Of a DNA stretch of 64,000 bases, positions 13,572-23,710 are shown piece by piece. Within the stretch, counting starts at the first letter, position 1, and each line of letters begins with the position of its first letter. The notes beneath the pieces are model-generated. The model was not told the DNA's origin. It saw only the letters and a program-made list of their open reading frames with translations, and made no database searches. The position numbers were made by a program, and so were the translations under genes. The stretch is taken from the NCBI GenBank assembly GCA_963718615.1, contig OY970368.1, positions 2,144,001-2,208,000 on the forward strand. Direction: 5' to 3'. The DNA comes from an uncultured cyanobacterium (GTDB lineage: Bacteria > Cyanobacteriota > Cyanobacteriia > PCC-9006 > JAAUQQ01).

Positions 13572-16500
13572 ATGAACTGGATTGAACGGATTGTCCGTTG
13601 GCGGCATGGCACGTTTGTGATTTTTGCGCTGATTGCTCTGTTTGGGGTGATTGCGCTATTTAATTTGCCGTTGGAACTGCAACCGGGGGGCGATCGCCCC
13701 GAGATCAGCATTTCCACCCCCTACATCGGAGCCGGACCAGCGGAGGTGGAAGACCTGATCACCCGACCGATCGAAGAGGTGATGGAAGAGGTTGAAGGGG
13801 TCCAGGAAATCACTAGCACCTCCCGCGCTGGCAGCAGCGCTATCAATCTGGAGTTTAAATGGGGCACAGACCCCGACGACAAGTTGATCGATGTGATCAA
13901 TAAACTTCAGCGCATTAATAATCTGCCTGCTGAGGCCGGTGACCCCAGTGTGGAAGTGGTGAGTACTAGCAGCAGTCCGATGATGTGGCTGGTGATGGTG
14001 CCCCGCGAAGGCCGTGCGGCGGATGCCAGCCGCTATCGGGATTTGGTCGATGATTTTGTGGAACCGGAATTGCGGCGCATTAACGGCGTCGGTAGCTTTT
14101 TGATTGTGGGTGGACAGGAGCGGGAGGTCGAGGTCAATGTTGACCCCCGAGCCTTGGCCGATCGCAATCTCAACATTACCCAGGTGATTAATACCCTGCG
14201 GCAAAATAACCGCGATATCCGGGGAGGACCGCTCACCGTCGGGCGGCGCGAGTATCGGGTGCGGACCGTGGGACGCAGTAACCAAGTTGAAGACTTGGAA
14301 AAACTAGCCTTGCGCCGGGATGAAAGAGGATCGGTCTTCCTGGGGGACGTCGCCCAGGTGCAGATGGGCCGCAAGGTCAAGCAGGATGTTTTGTTGTTTG
14401 ACAACCAAGAGTCGGTGGCCATCGGCGTGATTCGTCAGGTGGGGGCCAATGTGCCCAGCGTCTCCCAGGGAGTCCATGCCACGCTGGATCGGTTGCAGCA
14501 GCAATTTGATGGCCTGGATGCGGGGGTACAGTTTGCGATCGCCTACGACGAAAGCAGCTATATCGACCAGTCTCTCTCGCTCATGCGCGGTAATCTTTTC
14601 ACTGGCGCGATTCTGGCCATTGTGGTCCTGCTGCTGTTTTTGGGCTCCTTGCGATCGGTGGCGGTGATTGCCCTGACGATTCCGACGGCGATGGTGAGCG
14701 TCTTTTTGGTGATGACGGTGTTGGGGCGATCGCTCAACATCATCAGCCTAGCGGGTTTGGGCTTTGCGGTAGGGATGGTTGTGGACAACGCCATCGTTGT
14801 GCTCGAAAACGTCTTCTCCCATTTGCAAAAGGGTAAGCGCCCCATCCATGCGGCCATCGACGGCACGACGGAAGTGGGGGGAGCCATGCTGGGCTCGACG
14901 TTGACGACGGTGGCGGTGTTTGCGCCGATTGTTTTGGTCAAAGGAGAAGCCGGTCAACTGTTTACCGATGTGGCGATTACCCTGGCGACGGCGGTGATGT
15001 TTTCGCTGGTGACGGCGCTGACGCTGGTGCCCATGCTCTGTGGTTTGTTTCTCGATCGCCGCGAAGTCGAACTGCTGGAACAGGGAGCCGGGGCGGGACG
15101 CAATGTCTTTGAGCGGGTCGTTAGCCATGCTTCCGCCACATTTCAGGCGATTCAGGGACGGTTCGAGCGCTTTTTGCTCAATACCGCCTGTTGGTCCATC
15201 GGTGCGGGCCGTACATTGCGGCGTTTGGTGGTCTTAGCGATTCCCCTGGGGCTCTTGGCCGTTGGCTTTTTGCTGTTGCCCCCGGCGGATTATTTGCCCC
15301 AGGGTAACCGTAACTTAATTCTTTGGCTGGCGGAAACGTTGCCGGGAACGAGCGTGGAAGAGGCGATCGCCCTTTCCAATGGTCCCCGCTCTTTCGTAGA
15401 TGCTCAGCCCGAAGTGGCGGGTTCGTTCTTTGTCTATTCGCCCCGGTTCAAGGCCATGGGAATTTTCCTCAAGCCTGAATATGCCAATGGTAAAGGCTTA
15501 GAGCAGGTGGTGAACAAGCTCATTCCCCCGAGCTTTGGCTTTCCCGGCTATCGGTTTATGTTTCCAATTCGGATTTCGATTTTCCAGGATCCGGGGAAAG
15601 AATTTGAGGTCCGGATGTCGGGGCCGGATCTGGCCGAGCTAGAGCAGCTAGAGCAGCAGCTCACGGGGCAGTTGCAACAGCTTCAGGGGGTGGTGAATGT
15701 GCGATCGGACTATGTCGCAGGCGCACCCCAACTTGAGGTTTTGCCCAACCGTGTCCGACTTTCGGAGCTGGGTTTGTCTTCAGCGGATGCTGGCGCTTTG
15801 GTCGAAACGGCCCTCGGCGGTAGCTTGGCTTCCGATTTTGTCGAAGGAAATCAAGAAATCGATATCACCGTCAAGCTCAAGGACGCCACGGTCAACAACC
15901 CCAATGATTTGCGACAGCTCGCGATCTATAGCCCCAAGGGACAGCAGGTGCAATTGGCGGATGTGGCTGCGATTGTCGAAACGACGGGGCCGGATGTGAT
16001 CAACCACGTCAATTTGGAACGGTCGATTACGCTGACGGTTAGCTTGGCTCCCGATGCTCCCCTGGGCACCCTCGTGGAGCAAGCGGAAACCGAGGTCCTG
16101 GCCCCCGTGCGGGCAACGTTGCAGCCGACCTATCGCCTAGAACTGGCGGGCTCGGCGGATAAGCTGGCCGAAACCCTGGCGGATTTGGGCTCGACCTTTG
16201 TCTTTTCGCTGTTAATTATTTATTTGCTCCTGGTGGCGCTCTACCGCTCCTTTCTCTATCCCGTTGTGATTATGATGACCATTCCCATCGGCTTGACCGG
16301 TGCGGTCCTCAGCATTGTCCTGGCCAATCTCATACCGGGGGTTTCGGTGCCCCTCGATATGATCACGGGCCTTGGGTTTGTGATTTTGATTGGGGTGGTG
16401 GTTAATAACGCGATTTTGCTCGTGGACCGGGCGCTCCAGCTCCAGCGGGAAGAGGGGATGGACTATCACCATTCGCTGTTTGAGGCAACGCGCGATCGCC

Positions 16501-16775
16501 TCCGTCCGATTTTCATGTCCGCCGGAACCAGTGTTTTGGGCATGTTGCCCCTGGCGATTATTCCGGGAGAGGGGGCGGAGCTTTATCAGGGCCTCGGGAT
16601 TGCCTTGACGGGAGGACTGGCTTTTTCGACGCTGCTCACGCCAACAGTCGTGCCTGCACTGATGGGATTACTTCATGATCTCAACGGTAAAAATTTAGAG
16701 GCCGCCATGGTTTCCACAGACGAGGAATCGGAGACAAAGGCCCAGGATAGGGCGATGTCGAAGATAGCGCCGTGA
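13572..16775 (+). CDS. RND efflux permease (AcrB/AcrD/AcrF family)
   Basis: 1067 aa; GMVVDNAIVVLEN, VNNAILLVD, RLRPIFM motifs. Confidence 0.95.
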   Translation: MNWIERIVRWRHGTFVIFALIALFGVIALFNLPLELQPGGDRPEISISTPYIGAGPAEVEDLITRPIEEVMEEVEGVQEITSTSRAGSSAINLEFKWGTDPDDKLIDVINKLQRINNLPAEAGDPSVEVVSTSSSPMMWLVMVPREGRAADASRYRDLVDDFVEPELRRINGVGSFLIVGGQEREVEVNVDPRALADRNLNITQVINTLRQNNRDIRGGPLTVGRREYRVRTVGRSNQVEDLEKLALRRDERGSVFLGDVAQVQMGRKVKQDVLLFDNQESVAIGVIRQVGANVPSVSQGVHATLDRLQQQFDGLDAGVQFAIAYDESSYIDQSLSLMRGNLFTGAILAIVVLLLFLGSLRSVAVIALTIPTAMVSVFLVMTVLGRSLNIISLAGLGFAVGMVVDNAIVVLENVFSHLQKGKRPIHAAIDGTTEVGGAMLGSTLTTVAVFAPIVLVKGEAGQLFTDVAITLATAVMFSLVTALTLVPMLCGLFLDRREVELLEQGAGAGRNVFERVVSHASATFQAIQGRFERFLLNTACWSIGAGRTLRRLVVLAIPLGLLAVGFLLLPPADYLPQGNRNLILWLAETLPGTSVEEAIALSNGPRSFVDAQPEVAGSFFVYSPRFKAMGIFLKPEYANGKGLEQVVNKLIPPSFGFPGYRFMFPIRISIFQDPGKEFEVRMSGPDLAELEQLEQQLTGQLQQLQGVVNVRSDYVAGAPQLEVLPNRVRLSELGLSSADAGALVETALGGSLASDFVEGNQEIDITVKLKDATVNNPNDLRQLAIYSPKGQQVQLADVAAIVETTGPDVINHVNLERSITLTVSLAPDAPLGTLVEQAETEVLAPVRATLQPTYRLELAGSADKLAETLADLGSTFVFSLLIIYLLLVALYRSFLYPVVIMMTIPIGLTGAVLSIVLANLIPGVSVPLDMITGLGFVILIGVVVNNAILLVDRALQLQREEGMDYHHSLFEATRDRLRPIFMSAGTSVLGMLPLAIIPGEGAELYQGLGIALTGGLAFSTLLTPTVVPALMGLLHDLNGKNLEAAMVSTDEESETKAQDRAMSKIAP

Positions 16776-16936
16776 CATCCTCCCGACGCAGACCCTAAGG
16801 GAATGGAATGGACTCGAAAAAAGGTCAGTGGAAATGCTAAGGATTTCAAGAACTTCAGCACAATTGCTTACCTTCCTGGGGAATTTTCTGTATCGTGCTA
16901 AGTAGTTCCCGTCCAATCCTCAGTTAGCGATCGCCC

Positions 16937-18199
16937 ATGCACCCGCGCCAAACCCTCCAGGAGCAATTCTCGACCTTCGCCTGGTTTGAGAACGATACCT
17001 TCCGTTCTTGGAAAGGAGAACCTCGGCTCCGCCACAGCATGGCAAAACAACTGGAAAAACTGCCTCAGTATGGGGCTGCGACCCCAGAAAACGAGCGGTT
17101 TTGGTCCTTATCGTGGTATCGCTGCTGGCGCGATCGCTCCTCTGCCTCCACCCCTGCCCAACAGCATCTGATGGCTTATCTGCAAGAAGCCTGCTACTGG
17201 GCCGCCTACGATATTAATTGCAAGTTAAAGGGTCGAGGGGGCAGCACCGGAACCCATCGCTTGGCCGATTATTTTCAGATGGCGATCGCCGAAATCGAAC
17301 CGGCGCTAGAGAAATTTCGAGCCGACCAATTTAATAATCTCAAAGCCTTCGCTCAGGTTTTCCTCAGCCATCGCCTCAAAGGCGCGCTGCGCAGCCAGCG
17401 GGAAGCGGATTTCTGCTCCGACTGGGGACTACTGCGCAAAACCGGCACAAAACGAATCCTGGAAGCCATGGAACGGGCGGGGCTGAACCCAGCCGACGCG
17501 GAGCAATATCGCCTACTGTGGATGGGATTCCAAACCTTCTATGTGCCAACCCAGCCCAGCCGTTCTGCCCATTTGCCCGAGCCCGATGCCACGGTTTGGG
17601 AGGCGATCGCCACGTTCTACAACCAAAAACGCAGCGGTCAGCTCAGCCATCCCGCGCCCCAAACCACGGCCCGAGAAGCCCACAACCGCCTCAAGCAATT
17701 AGCCCAGTGGATTCGTCAGTACCTCTATCCTGTGACCCGTGGATTGGGCGGTGGGGAAGAGGGAGATGAGACGGGGGACGCTTGGCTAGATCGAAAGTTG
17801 TTGCAGAATCAGGGGACGGAGGATTGGGCAGAACCCTTTATTGAGATAGATGAGAAAGTCGAGCGCGATCGCCAACAACGAGACCTGCAAGCCCGTTTGG
17901 TCAACGCCTTTCATCAGCTCAATCCGCAGCTTCAGCAGATCCTCTGTCTCAAGTATCAACAAAAGCTTTCCCAGCAGGACATTGGCAAAATCATGGACAT
18001 GCCCCAGCCCACGGTTTCTCGCCGCCTCAATGCCGGTCGCCAAGCTCTGCTCAAAGCCATCGAAACCTGGATGACGGACCACTTGAATAAACGTCCAGAT
18101 CTGGACCAAATAAAAACTATTGCGACCCACCTTGAAATTTGGTTGCAGGTTTCCCTGCCGGAGCTCAACCTCTGCGCTTCATCGGAACCCCAGTCGTAA
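16937..18199 (+). CDS. Sigma-70 region 4-containing alternative sigma factor (cyanobacterial DUF1822-associated type)
   Basis: C-terminal HTH LSQQDIGKIMDMPQPTVSRRL; characteristic PRQ..FSTF N-terminus and SDWGLL. Confidence 0.75.
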   Translation: MHPRQTLQEQFSTFAWFENDTFRSWKGEPRLRHSMAKQLEKLPQYGAATPENERFWSLSWYRCWRDRSSASTPAQQHLMAYLQEACYWAAYDINCKLKGRGGSTGTHRLADYFQMAIAEIEPALEKFRADQFNNLKAFAQVFLSHRLKGALRSQREADFCSDWGLLRKTGTKRILEAMERAGLNPADAEQYRLLWMGFQTFYVPTQPSRSAHLPEPDATVWEAIATFYNQKRSGQLSHPAPQTTAREAHNRLKQLAQWIRQYLYPVTRGLGGGEEGDETGDAWLDRKLLQNQGTEDWAEPFIEIDEKVERDRQQRDLQARLVNAFHQLNPQLQQILCLKYQQKLSQQDIGKIMDMPQPTVSRRLNAGRQALLKAIETWMTDHLNKRPDLDQIKTIATHLEIWLQVSLPELNLCASSEPQS

Positions 18200-18236
18200 T
18201 CCCTGTTCCCGCCTTAACCTTCTGACGTTGAGAGCT

Positions 18237-19490
18237 ATGTCAACCCTATTCTTAGATCCCATTACTGACGCCTGGACGTTGGAATTAGCCGATGCAGCCC
18301 GTGCTCAAGCTTGGCAGACCGCCCAGTCCCAAAGCACCCCTCACCGCCGTTGGGTTGCCTATATGAATCAACTATGTCTGACGGCAGTGGAAAATTTACT
18401 GGGCATAGGGAGTCAGACCGGCAGTAAAACCGGCAGTAACCTACCCTGTTCATGGGTGGCCGACGCAGCCTCCAGAACCGATATTTGGGAATTGGTCGAA
18501 GGCAGTGCGCTGACCGTTGGGGAGCATCGGTTGATTCTCTTGCCCACCGAAAGTGTGGATGCCCTTGAATTGGCTGTTCCCCAGGAATGGGTGGATATTC
18601 CGGATTGGGCTGGAGATTATTACGTTGCCGTTCAGTTGGCAGCGGACGAGGCTAGCCTCCGAATCCTGGGCTATGCCACCCACCCACAGCTCAAGGCCCA
18701 GGGGGACTACGACGCCTTTGACCGAACCTATCGCTACGACTGCGAGGATTTGATTCCCTGGGAGAGTTTCGGGCTCATCCATGCAGCCGACAATGCCTCC
18801 CAAACCCGCACCCCAGATCAACATCACGCGCTACCCCTGGCGACCATCCATTCGACCCAAGCCGAAACCCTGATTCAGCGCCTAGGTAACCCCAACGAGC
18901 CTTTGCCCCGTCTAGAAATTCCCTTTGACCAGTGGGGAGCCCTTCTAGCCCAACCTTCCTGGTGTCAACGACTGGGGGCTGCCCGCAGGGGCCAAGCGGC
19001 TTCCGCTGTTCCAGGACGGGTTATAGCCCCGGTGACTCGTCTATCGAATTGGCTCCAGCAACAATTTGAAAACGGCTGGCAACCGTTGGAAGGGAGCTCG
19101 CGCTTAGCTACCCGCAGCTTTCTGCAATCGCGCGGTAGTCAGGACCTGGAACCTGGAGAACCGGAGGAGGAGGCGATCGCCCCCAGGGTTTACACCGTCA
19201 AACCCCTAGCCCTGTCCAATGAAGCTCAACTGCTGTTGGTGTTGGGGGTAACCCCGTTGCGAGGAGGCGATCGGCGCATTGACCTTAGCCTAGAACCGGG
19301 CGAGACCCACGGCGTTTTGCCTCAGGCGACTCAGCTGCGTCTCCTCAGTGATACGGGGGCCGAACTGGGCCAAGCCCAGGCAGATGCCAATGAAATGATT
19401 GAAATGCAGTTTCGCGCTAGTCCCGGCGAAACCTTTGCCGTTGAAATTCGGAGTGAAAATATCCGATATTTCGAGCAGTTTGAAGTCTAG
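18237..19490 (+). CDS. DUF1822 family protein
   Basis: VPQEWVDIPDWAGDYYVAVQ, LSNWLQ..FENGW, C-terminal GETFAVEI. Confidence 0.85.
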   Translation: MSTLFLDPITDAWTLELADAARAQAWQTAQSQSTPHRRWVAYMNQLCLTAVENLLGIGSQTGSKTGSNLPCSWVADAASRTDIWELVEGSALTVGEHRLILLPTESVDALELAVPQEWVDIPDWAGDYYVAVQLAADEASLRILGYATHPQLKAQGDYDAFDRTYRYDCEDLIPWESFGLIHAADNASQTRTPDQHHALPLATIHSTQAETLIQRLGNPNEPLPRLEIPFDQWGALLAQPSWCQRLGAARRGQAASAVPGRVIAPVTRLSNWLQQQFENGWQPLEGSSRLATRSFLQSRGSQDLEPGEPEEEAIAPRVYTVKPLALSNEAQLLLVLGVTPLRGGDRRIDLSLEPGETHGVLPQATQLRLLSDTGAELGQAQADANEMIEMQFRASPGETFAVEIRSENIRYFEQFEV

Positions 19491-19519
19491 ATCTAGAATT
19501 TTAGTTCTCTGCATTTGAT

Positions 19520-21907
19520 ATGAATAAGCGTGCAATTCTCCACTTGATTGGGAGTTTGGAAGAAGGCTTTCAAGTACTGCTTGAAGTCAGGGAAAGCTCC
19601 GGAACTATCCTAACAGACAAGAAAGGCCATTTGCCTGCTTTTCCTGCTGTTTCAACTGCCTTAGACGATTGGCAAACAGCCTATTTTAATTGCCTAGATA
19701 ACCATAGAATCGGACCTATTAATATTGTTGTTAAACGGAATCCCCAAGAGCAGATAAACCACTGCCGTTCCCTAGGTGAATCCTTGGAATCTTCGTTCCA
19801 GCGCTGGCTCGAATCACCGGATTTTCATATCGTTGATCTTCACCTGAGACAATCTCTCAATTCCTTGGACGATGCTCAAATTTTGGTTCGCGCTGACGAT
19901 CGCCGTATTCATCGATTACCGTGGCATACCTGGGAGCTGTTAGACCACTACCGCGATGCTGAAATCCTTTTAGGGAGCCCTCCCGAGTTGATCCCTCAAC
20001 CGATCTCCCAAAGTAAAAAGGTCAGAATTCTAGCCATTTTGGGGGATTCTACGGGCATTAATACACAATTCGATCGCCAAGAACTCCAGCAATTGCCCCA
20101 GGCCGAAGTCAGATTTCTAGTGGAACCGTCTCGGCAAGAGCTGAGCGATCGCCTCTGGGATCAACCCTGGGATATTCTCTTTTTTGCGGGCCATAGCTTC
20201 TCTGAAAATCAACAGGGATATCTGAGGATTAATAAAACTGAAAGCCTCACGATCAAAGAGTTGCGATTCGGTTTACAAAAGGCCATTGCTCGGGGATTAC
20301 AACTTGCAATTTTTAATTCCTGCCATGGACTGGGCATGGCCTACGAACTCGAACAACTTCACATTCCTCAAGTCGTGGTGATGCGAGAGCCCGTTCCCGA
20401 TCTCGTCGCCCAAGAATTCCTCAAGAACTTCTTAAACGCTTTTTCGAGTGGTTCTCCCCTTCACTTAGCCCTGAGACGTGCCCGAGAACGACTGCAAAGT
20501 TCCGAGGACAAATTTCCCTATGCCACTTGGCTGCCGGTTTTATTTCAAAATCCTGCCCTGCCCACGGCCACTTGGGATAGCCTGAAGCGACCGGATTCTT
20601 GGCGCGATCGCCTCTCTCTTTCACTGGGCCTGGGTGTTTGTACAACAATTGCTGTGATGGGTCTGCGCCTGCTGGGGCTGCTGCAACCAGCAGAATTTGC
20701 TTTTTTTGACCGCCTGATCCGCAATCGTCCTCCCGAGCCCCCTGATCGGGATGTTGTCATTGTCGAAGTAGATCAAGATGACCTAACGGCAGAGCGCGAT
20801 CGCCGCACCCCTGCGCAGCTCCAGGGACGATCACTCTCGGATGAAACACGGGAAGCGTTGTTGGCTCAGCTCAATACCTATGACCCCGCTCTGATTGGAC
20901 TCGATATTTATGGTGATATTCCAGCCACTTTACCCGCTCTCAAACAGCGCTTGGCCACTACGGAGAATCTCTACACGATTTGCAAATTGCAAGACCCGCA
21001 CCGCCCTGCGAGCGAAAGCTACGAACAACCGTCAGAGGTGCCAGATGAACGCGTAGGGTTTAGCGATTTGAAGACTGACGTGGATGAAATTATGCGTACC
21101 CAGCCGCTGTATGGCGATGTGGGGGTCGGATCTTTTCTGTGTACGGCGGAATATTCCTTCAGCGCCCTTCTCGCGTTTCGATGGCTTGAGGCTCGTGGAA
21201 AACCACTCGAACCCGCGATTGAAGCCGAAGAGACCTGGCGGTGGGGCAAGGTTGCGATTAATCCCATCGGTAGCAGTTGGTTGCGCCAGCCAGGATCGTT
21301 GCATCCCTATGGCCTTTATTTTGATAAAGAAACGATGTCCGGCCATCAAATCTGGCTAAATTACCGAGCAACGAGGATTTCTAGAAATGCAAAGAATCCA
21401 ACAGATGCGTTTTCTAAGGTGAAGTTGCGGGATGTGTTGGCAGGCAATCTGAATAAAAAAAGTTTTCAAGACCGAATTGTTCTTATCGGCGTCACAGCAC
21501 CCGAGGCCAAAGATTTCTGGAAAACCCCTTACCTAGACCAGGATGGTCAACCTTTAGAAATTCCAGGTGTTTACTTACATGCCCAGATGATCAGTCAGAT
21601 TATCAACGCAGAACAGCGGCCTTTGCTGCGAGCCATGCCCTGGGCTGTGGATGTACTGGTGATTGGAATGGTTGCGATCGCCCTGCTCTTTGGCCTTCAG
21701 CAGTTTACCGCTCAACATCGGCATTTGCGTTGGTTCGCTGTTTTAACGGGTCTCGCGCTGTTGCTCGTGTATGGGGGCTGCCGGTTGGTGTTTGGGGTTC
21801 TGGGGGTCTATTTGCCTTTTGTACCCATTGCTTTTTCTTTACTCGGGGGTAGCTTGGGCGTTGGATTGCAGCGATCGCCTGCTGCACAAACATTTCGTAT
21901 CAGCTAA
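19520..21907 (+). CDS. CHAT (caspase-like) + CHASE2 membrane protein
   Basis: LFFAGHS (His) and IFNSCHG (Cys), TM, CHASE2 (IGLDI, IVLIG, PGVYLHAQ), three C-terminal TMs. Confidence 0.85.
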   Translation: MNKRAILHLIGSLEEGFQVLLEVRESSGTILTDKKGHLPAFPAVSTALDDWQTAYFNCLDNHRIGPINIVVKRNPQEQINHCRSLGESLESSFQRWLESPDFHIVDLHLRQSLNSLDDAQILVRADDRRIHRLPWHTWELLDHYRDAEILLGSPPELIPQPISQSKKVRILAILGDSTGINTQFDRQELQQLPQAEVRFLVEPSRQELSDRLWDQPWDILFFAGHSFSENQQGYLRINKTESLTIKELRFGLQKAIARGLQLAIFNSCHGLGMAYELEQLHIPQVVVMREPVPDLVAQEFLKNFLNAFSSGSPLHLALRRARERLQSSEDKFPYATWLPVLFQNPALPTATWDSLKRPDSWRDRLSLSLGLGVCTTIAVMGLRLLGLLQPAEFAFFDRLIRNRPPEPPDRDVVIVEVDQDDLTAERDRRTPAQLQGRSLSDETREALLAQLNTYDPALIGLDIYGDIPATLPALKQRLATTENLYTICKLQDPHRPASESYEQPSEVPDERVGFSDLKTDVDEIMRTQPLYGDVGVGSFLCTAEYSFSALLAFRWLEARGKPLEPAIEAEETWRWGKVAINPIGSSWLRQPGSLHPYGLYFDKETMSGHQIWLNYRATRISRNAKNPTDAFSKVKLRDVLAGNLNKKSFQDRIVLIGVTAPEAKDFWKTPYLDQDGQPLEIPGVYLHAQMISQIINAEQRPLLRAMPWAVDVLVIGMVAIALLFGLQQFTAQHRHLRWFAVLTGLALLLVYGGCRLVFGVLGVYLPFVPIAFSLLGGSLGVGLQRSPAAQTFRIS

Positions 21908-21922
21908 TCGAGGGATCGTTTT

Positions 21923-22726
21923 ATGAGTTATAAGCATCACCAGGATCACAAAAACCTGCGTCAGAGCCTCAAGCCGGTTTTGCTCGCGCTGGGCATTGGT
22001 CTGTTGTTGGTTTTGCAATTTTCAGAGGTGGGGTTGGCAATGGGCGATCGCTCAAATCGAGGGCCATATATTTCCAAACGGGGCGGGGGCACCCGAGGCT
22101 GTGGCGACCCGATGACTGCATTTGTACCAACGGAGTTGGTGACATTAGAAAATGGTAATGCTGTTGAAGATACGCGGGGCTATACGACGCAAGAGCGACC
22201 TGAATTTTGGGTGAATGTTCCCTACAGCCCAGACGAGATTCAATCTTTGACGTTTAGAGTTCAAAATAGAAAAACGAAACAGAATCTCTACGAGGTGACG
22301 GTTACGCCTGCGGCAACACCGGGTTTGATCAAATTGCAAATTCCTGACTCAGAACCTGGATTGCAGGTAGGCACGCGCTATCAGTGGAGTCTCAAGGCAA
22401 AGCTTAAGTGTGTTGTTCCTAACAACCAAATCATCGAACCGATAACTGATGTCGTTGCCTTTGTCGAGCGCTATGAACCTGATGCAAAACTCAAGCAATC
22501 GCTAGCTGGAGCTTCACCCGAAGAGCAAGTGCAAATCTACAGCGAAGAAAATACTTGGTATGACGCCTTTAGCCTGATGCAGGCTCTAAAGAAAGATGGC
22601 TCTAAGAATACCACCGCAACCTACCAGATTTGGAAGCAGCTTTTAGGTGACTATGGGCTTTGTCTACTCGTTGGTTTGCACCCGCAGCAATGGAAGCAGA
22701 GAAGATTGGAAGATAGCCCGAGGTAG
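21923..22726 (+). CDS. DUF928 domain protein (exported)
   Basis: Signal-like hydrophobic N-terminus, GGGTRG, T..RPEFW, YQWS, WYDA. Confidence 0.8.
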   Translation: MSYKHHQDHKNLRQSLKPVLLALGIGLLLVLQFSEVGLAMGDRSNRGPYISKRGGGTRGCGDPMTAFVPTELVTLENGNAVEDTRGYTTQERPEFWVNVPYSPDEIQSLTFRVQNRKTKQNLYEVTVTPAATPGLIKLQIPDSEPGLQVGTRYQWSLKAKLKCVVPNNQIIEPITDVVAFVERYEPDAKLKQSLAGASPEEQVQIYSEENTWYDAFSLMQALKKDGSKNTTATYQIWKQLLGDYGLCLLVGLHPQQWKQRRLEDSPR

Positions 22727-22906
22727 AAACAATTAGTAGCAGGAAGAATTTTTAACTTTGTTCCTTTTCAGGGAGAATGAAAGGGGGGAGTAGTGATAGA
22801 TTACGCCTGTTCTCCTGCTTTTTTAAATGGTAGAGGAACTCGAACGGAATACTATCTTACCCAAGGTTGGAGAAAGTCTGAAGCTTTTAGGGAAATCTCT
22901 GAACTA

Positions 22907-23710
22907 ATGTTGCTAAAAGAAATATTTCTAGGCCATCCTCAATTTTCTTGGAAACTCTTCCTTTTAGGTGGTTTATGGGTTAGTTTGGGTGCTGCGATTG
23001 CCACCGCCCAAACTTCTTCTGTTCCCCTCGGTTCAGAGATTCATTTTAACCCGCCACCGCTGCCCCCAAATCTAAACAACCCGCTATCTAACCATCATCA
23101 ATCTTCATGCTCCGAGACGGCGAAGACGATATCCGCAACAGCAATTTTGCCGCATCAGTTCGGTGGGCTGACGCTTCAGGAGTCTCCTATTGTATTTGTG
23201 CGGGGCGATCTATCACAAAACAATCTTCCTCAATCGACGCTACCGGAAACAAGTTTAGCGAAAACTCCTGAAATCAAAGCCTTGCTCAAGCTCGAACGTA
23301 ATGGCCTGCGCGAGGTTGAAACGCCTATTCAACTCTCGCTCACCTCCCTGCCGGACTACCTCGAAATCGATCTCTCTAAAGCTAACATTCGTCTAGAACG
23401 CGAAGCTTTGTATCGCTGGGAAATCACCTTCGCTTGCCCAAATTCATCCCGCAGCCACAGCGTGAGTGGATGGATCCAAACGGTCACTCCGCCTCCCACT
23501 TTGACGGAAACGATTGCCCAAGCAACACTGCTACAAAAATTACAGTTGTATAGTCAGTATGGCCTTTGGTACGACGCGCTGCAAGCGGCGACGGCGATCG
23601 CCAAAACCGGCGACTTCATTCCCCTAAAACAACTCCAGCACTCTAGCTTTATCCCCATCGACCCACCAATACAAATGGAGCCCAAAAATAAGGTGCTTTC
23701 TGATCTTTGA
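22907..23710 (+). CDS. DUF928 domain protein (second, divergent)
   Basis: Signal peptide, GLTLQESP, YRW, VSGWIQ, GLWYDAL. Confidence 0.75.
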   Translation: MLLKEIFLGHPQFSWKLFLLGGLWVSLGAAIATAQTSSVPLGSEIHFNPPPLPPNLNNPLSNHHQSSCSETAKTISATAILPHQFGGLTLQESPIVFVRGDLSQNNLPQSTLPETSLAKTPEIKALLKLERNGLREVETPIQLSLTSLPDYLEIDLSKANIRLEREALYRWEITFACPNSSRSHSVSGWIQTVTPPPTLTETIAQATLLQKLQLYSQYGLWYDALQAATAIAKTGDFIPLKQLQHSSFIPIDPPIQMEPKNKVLSDL

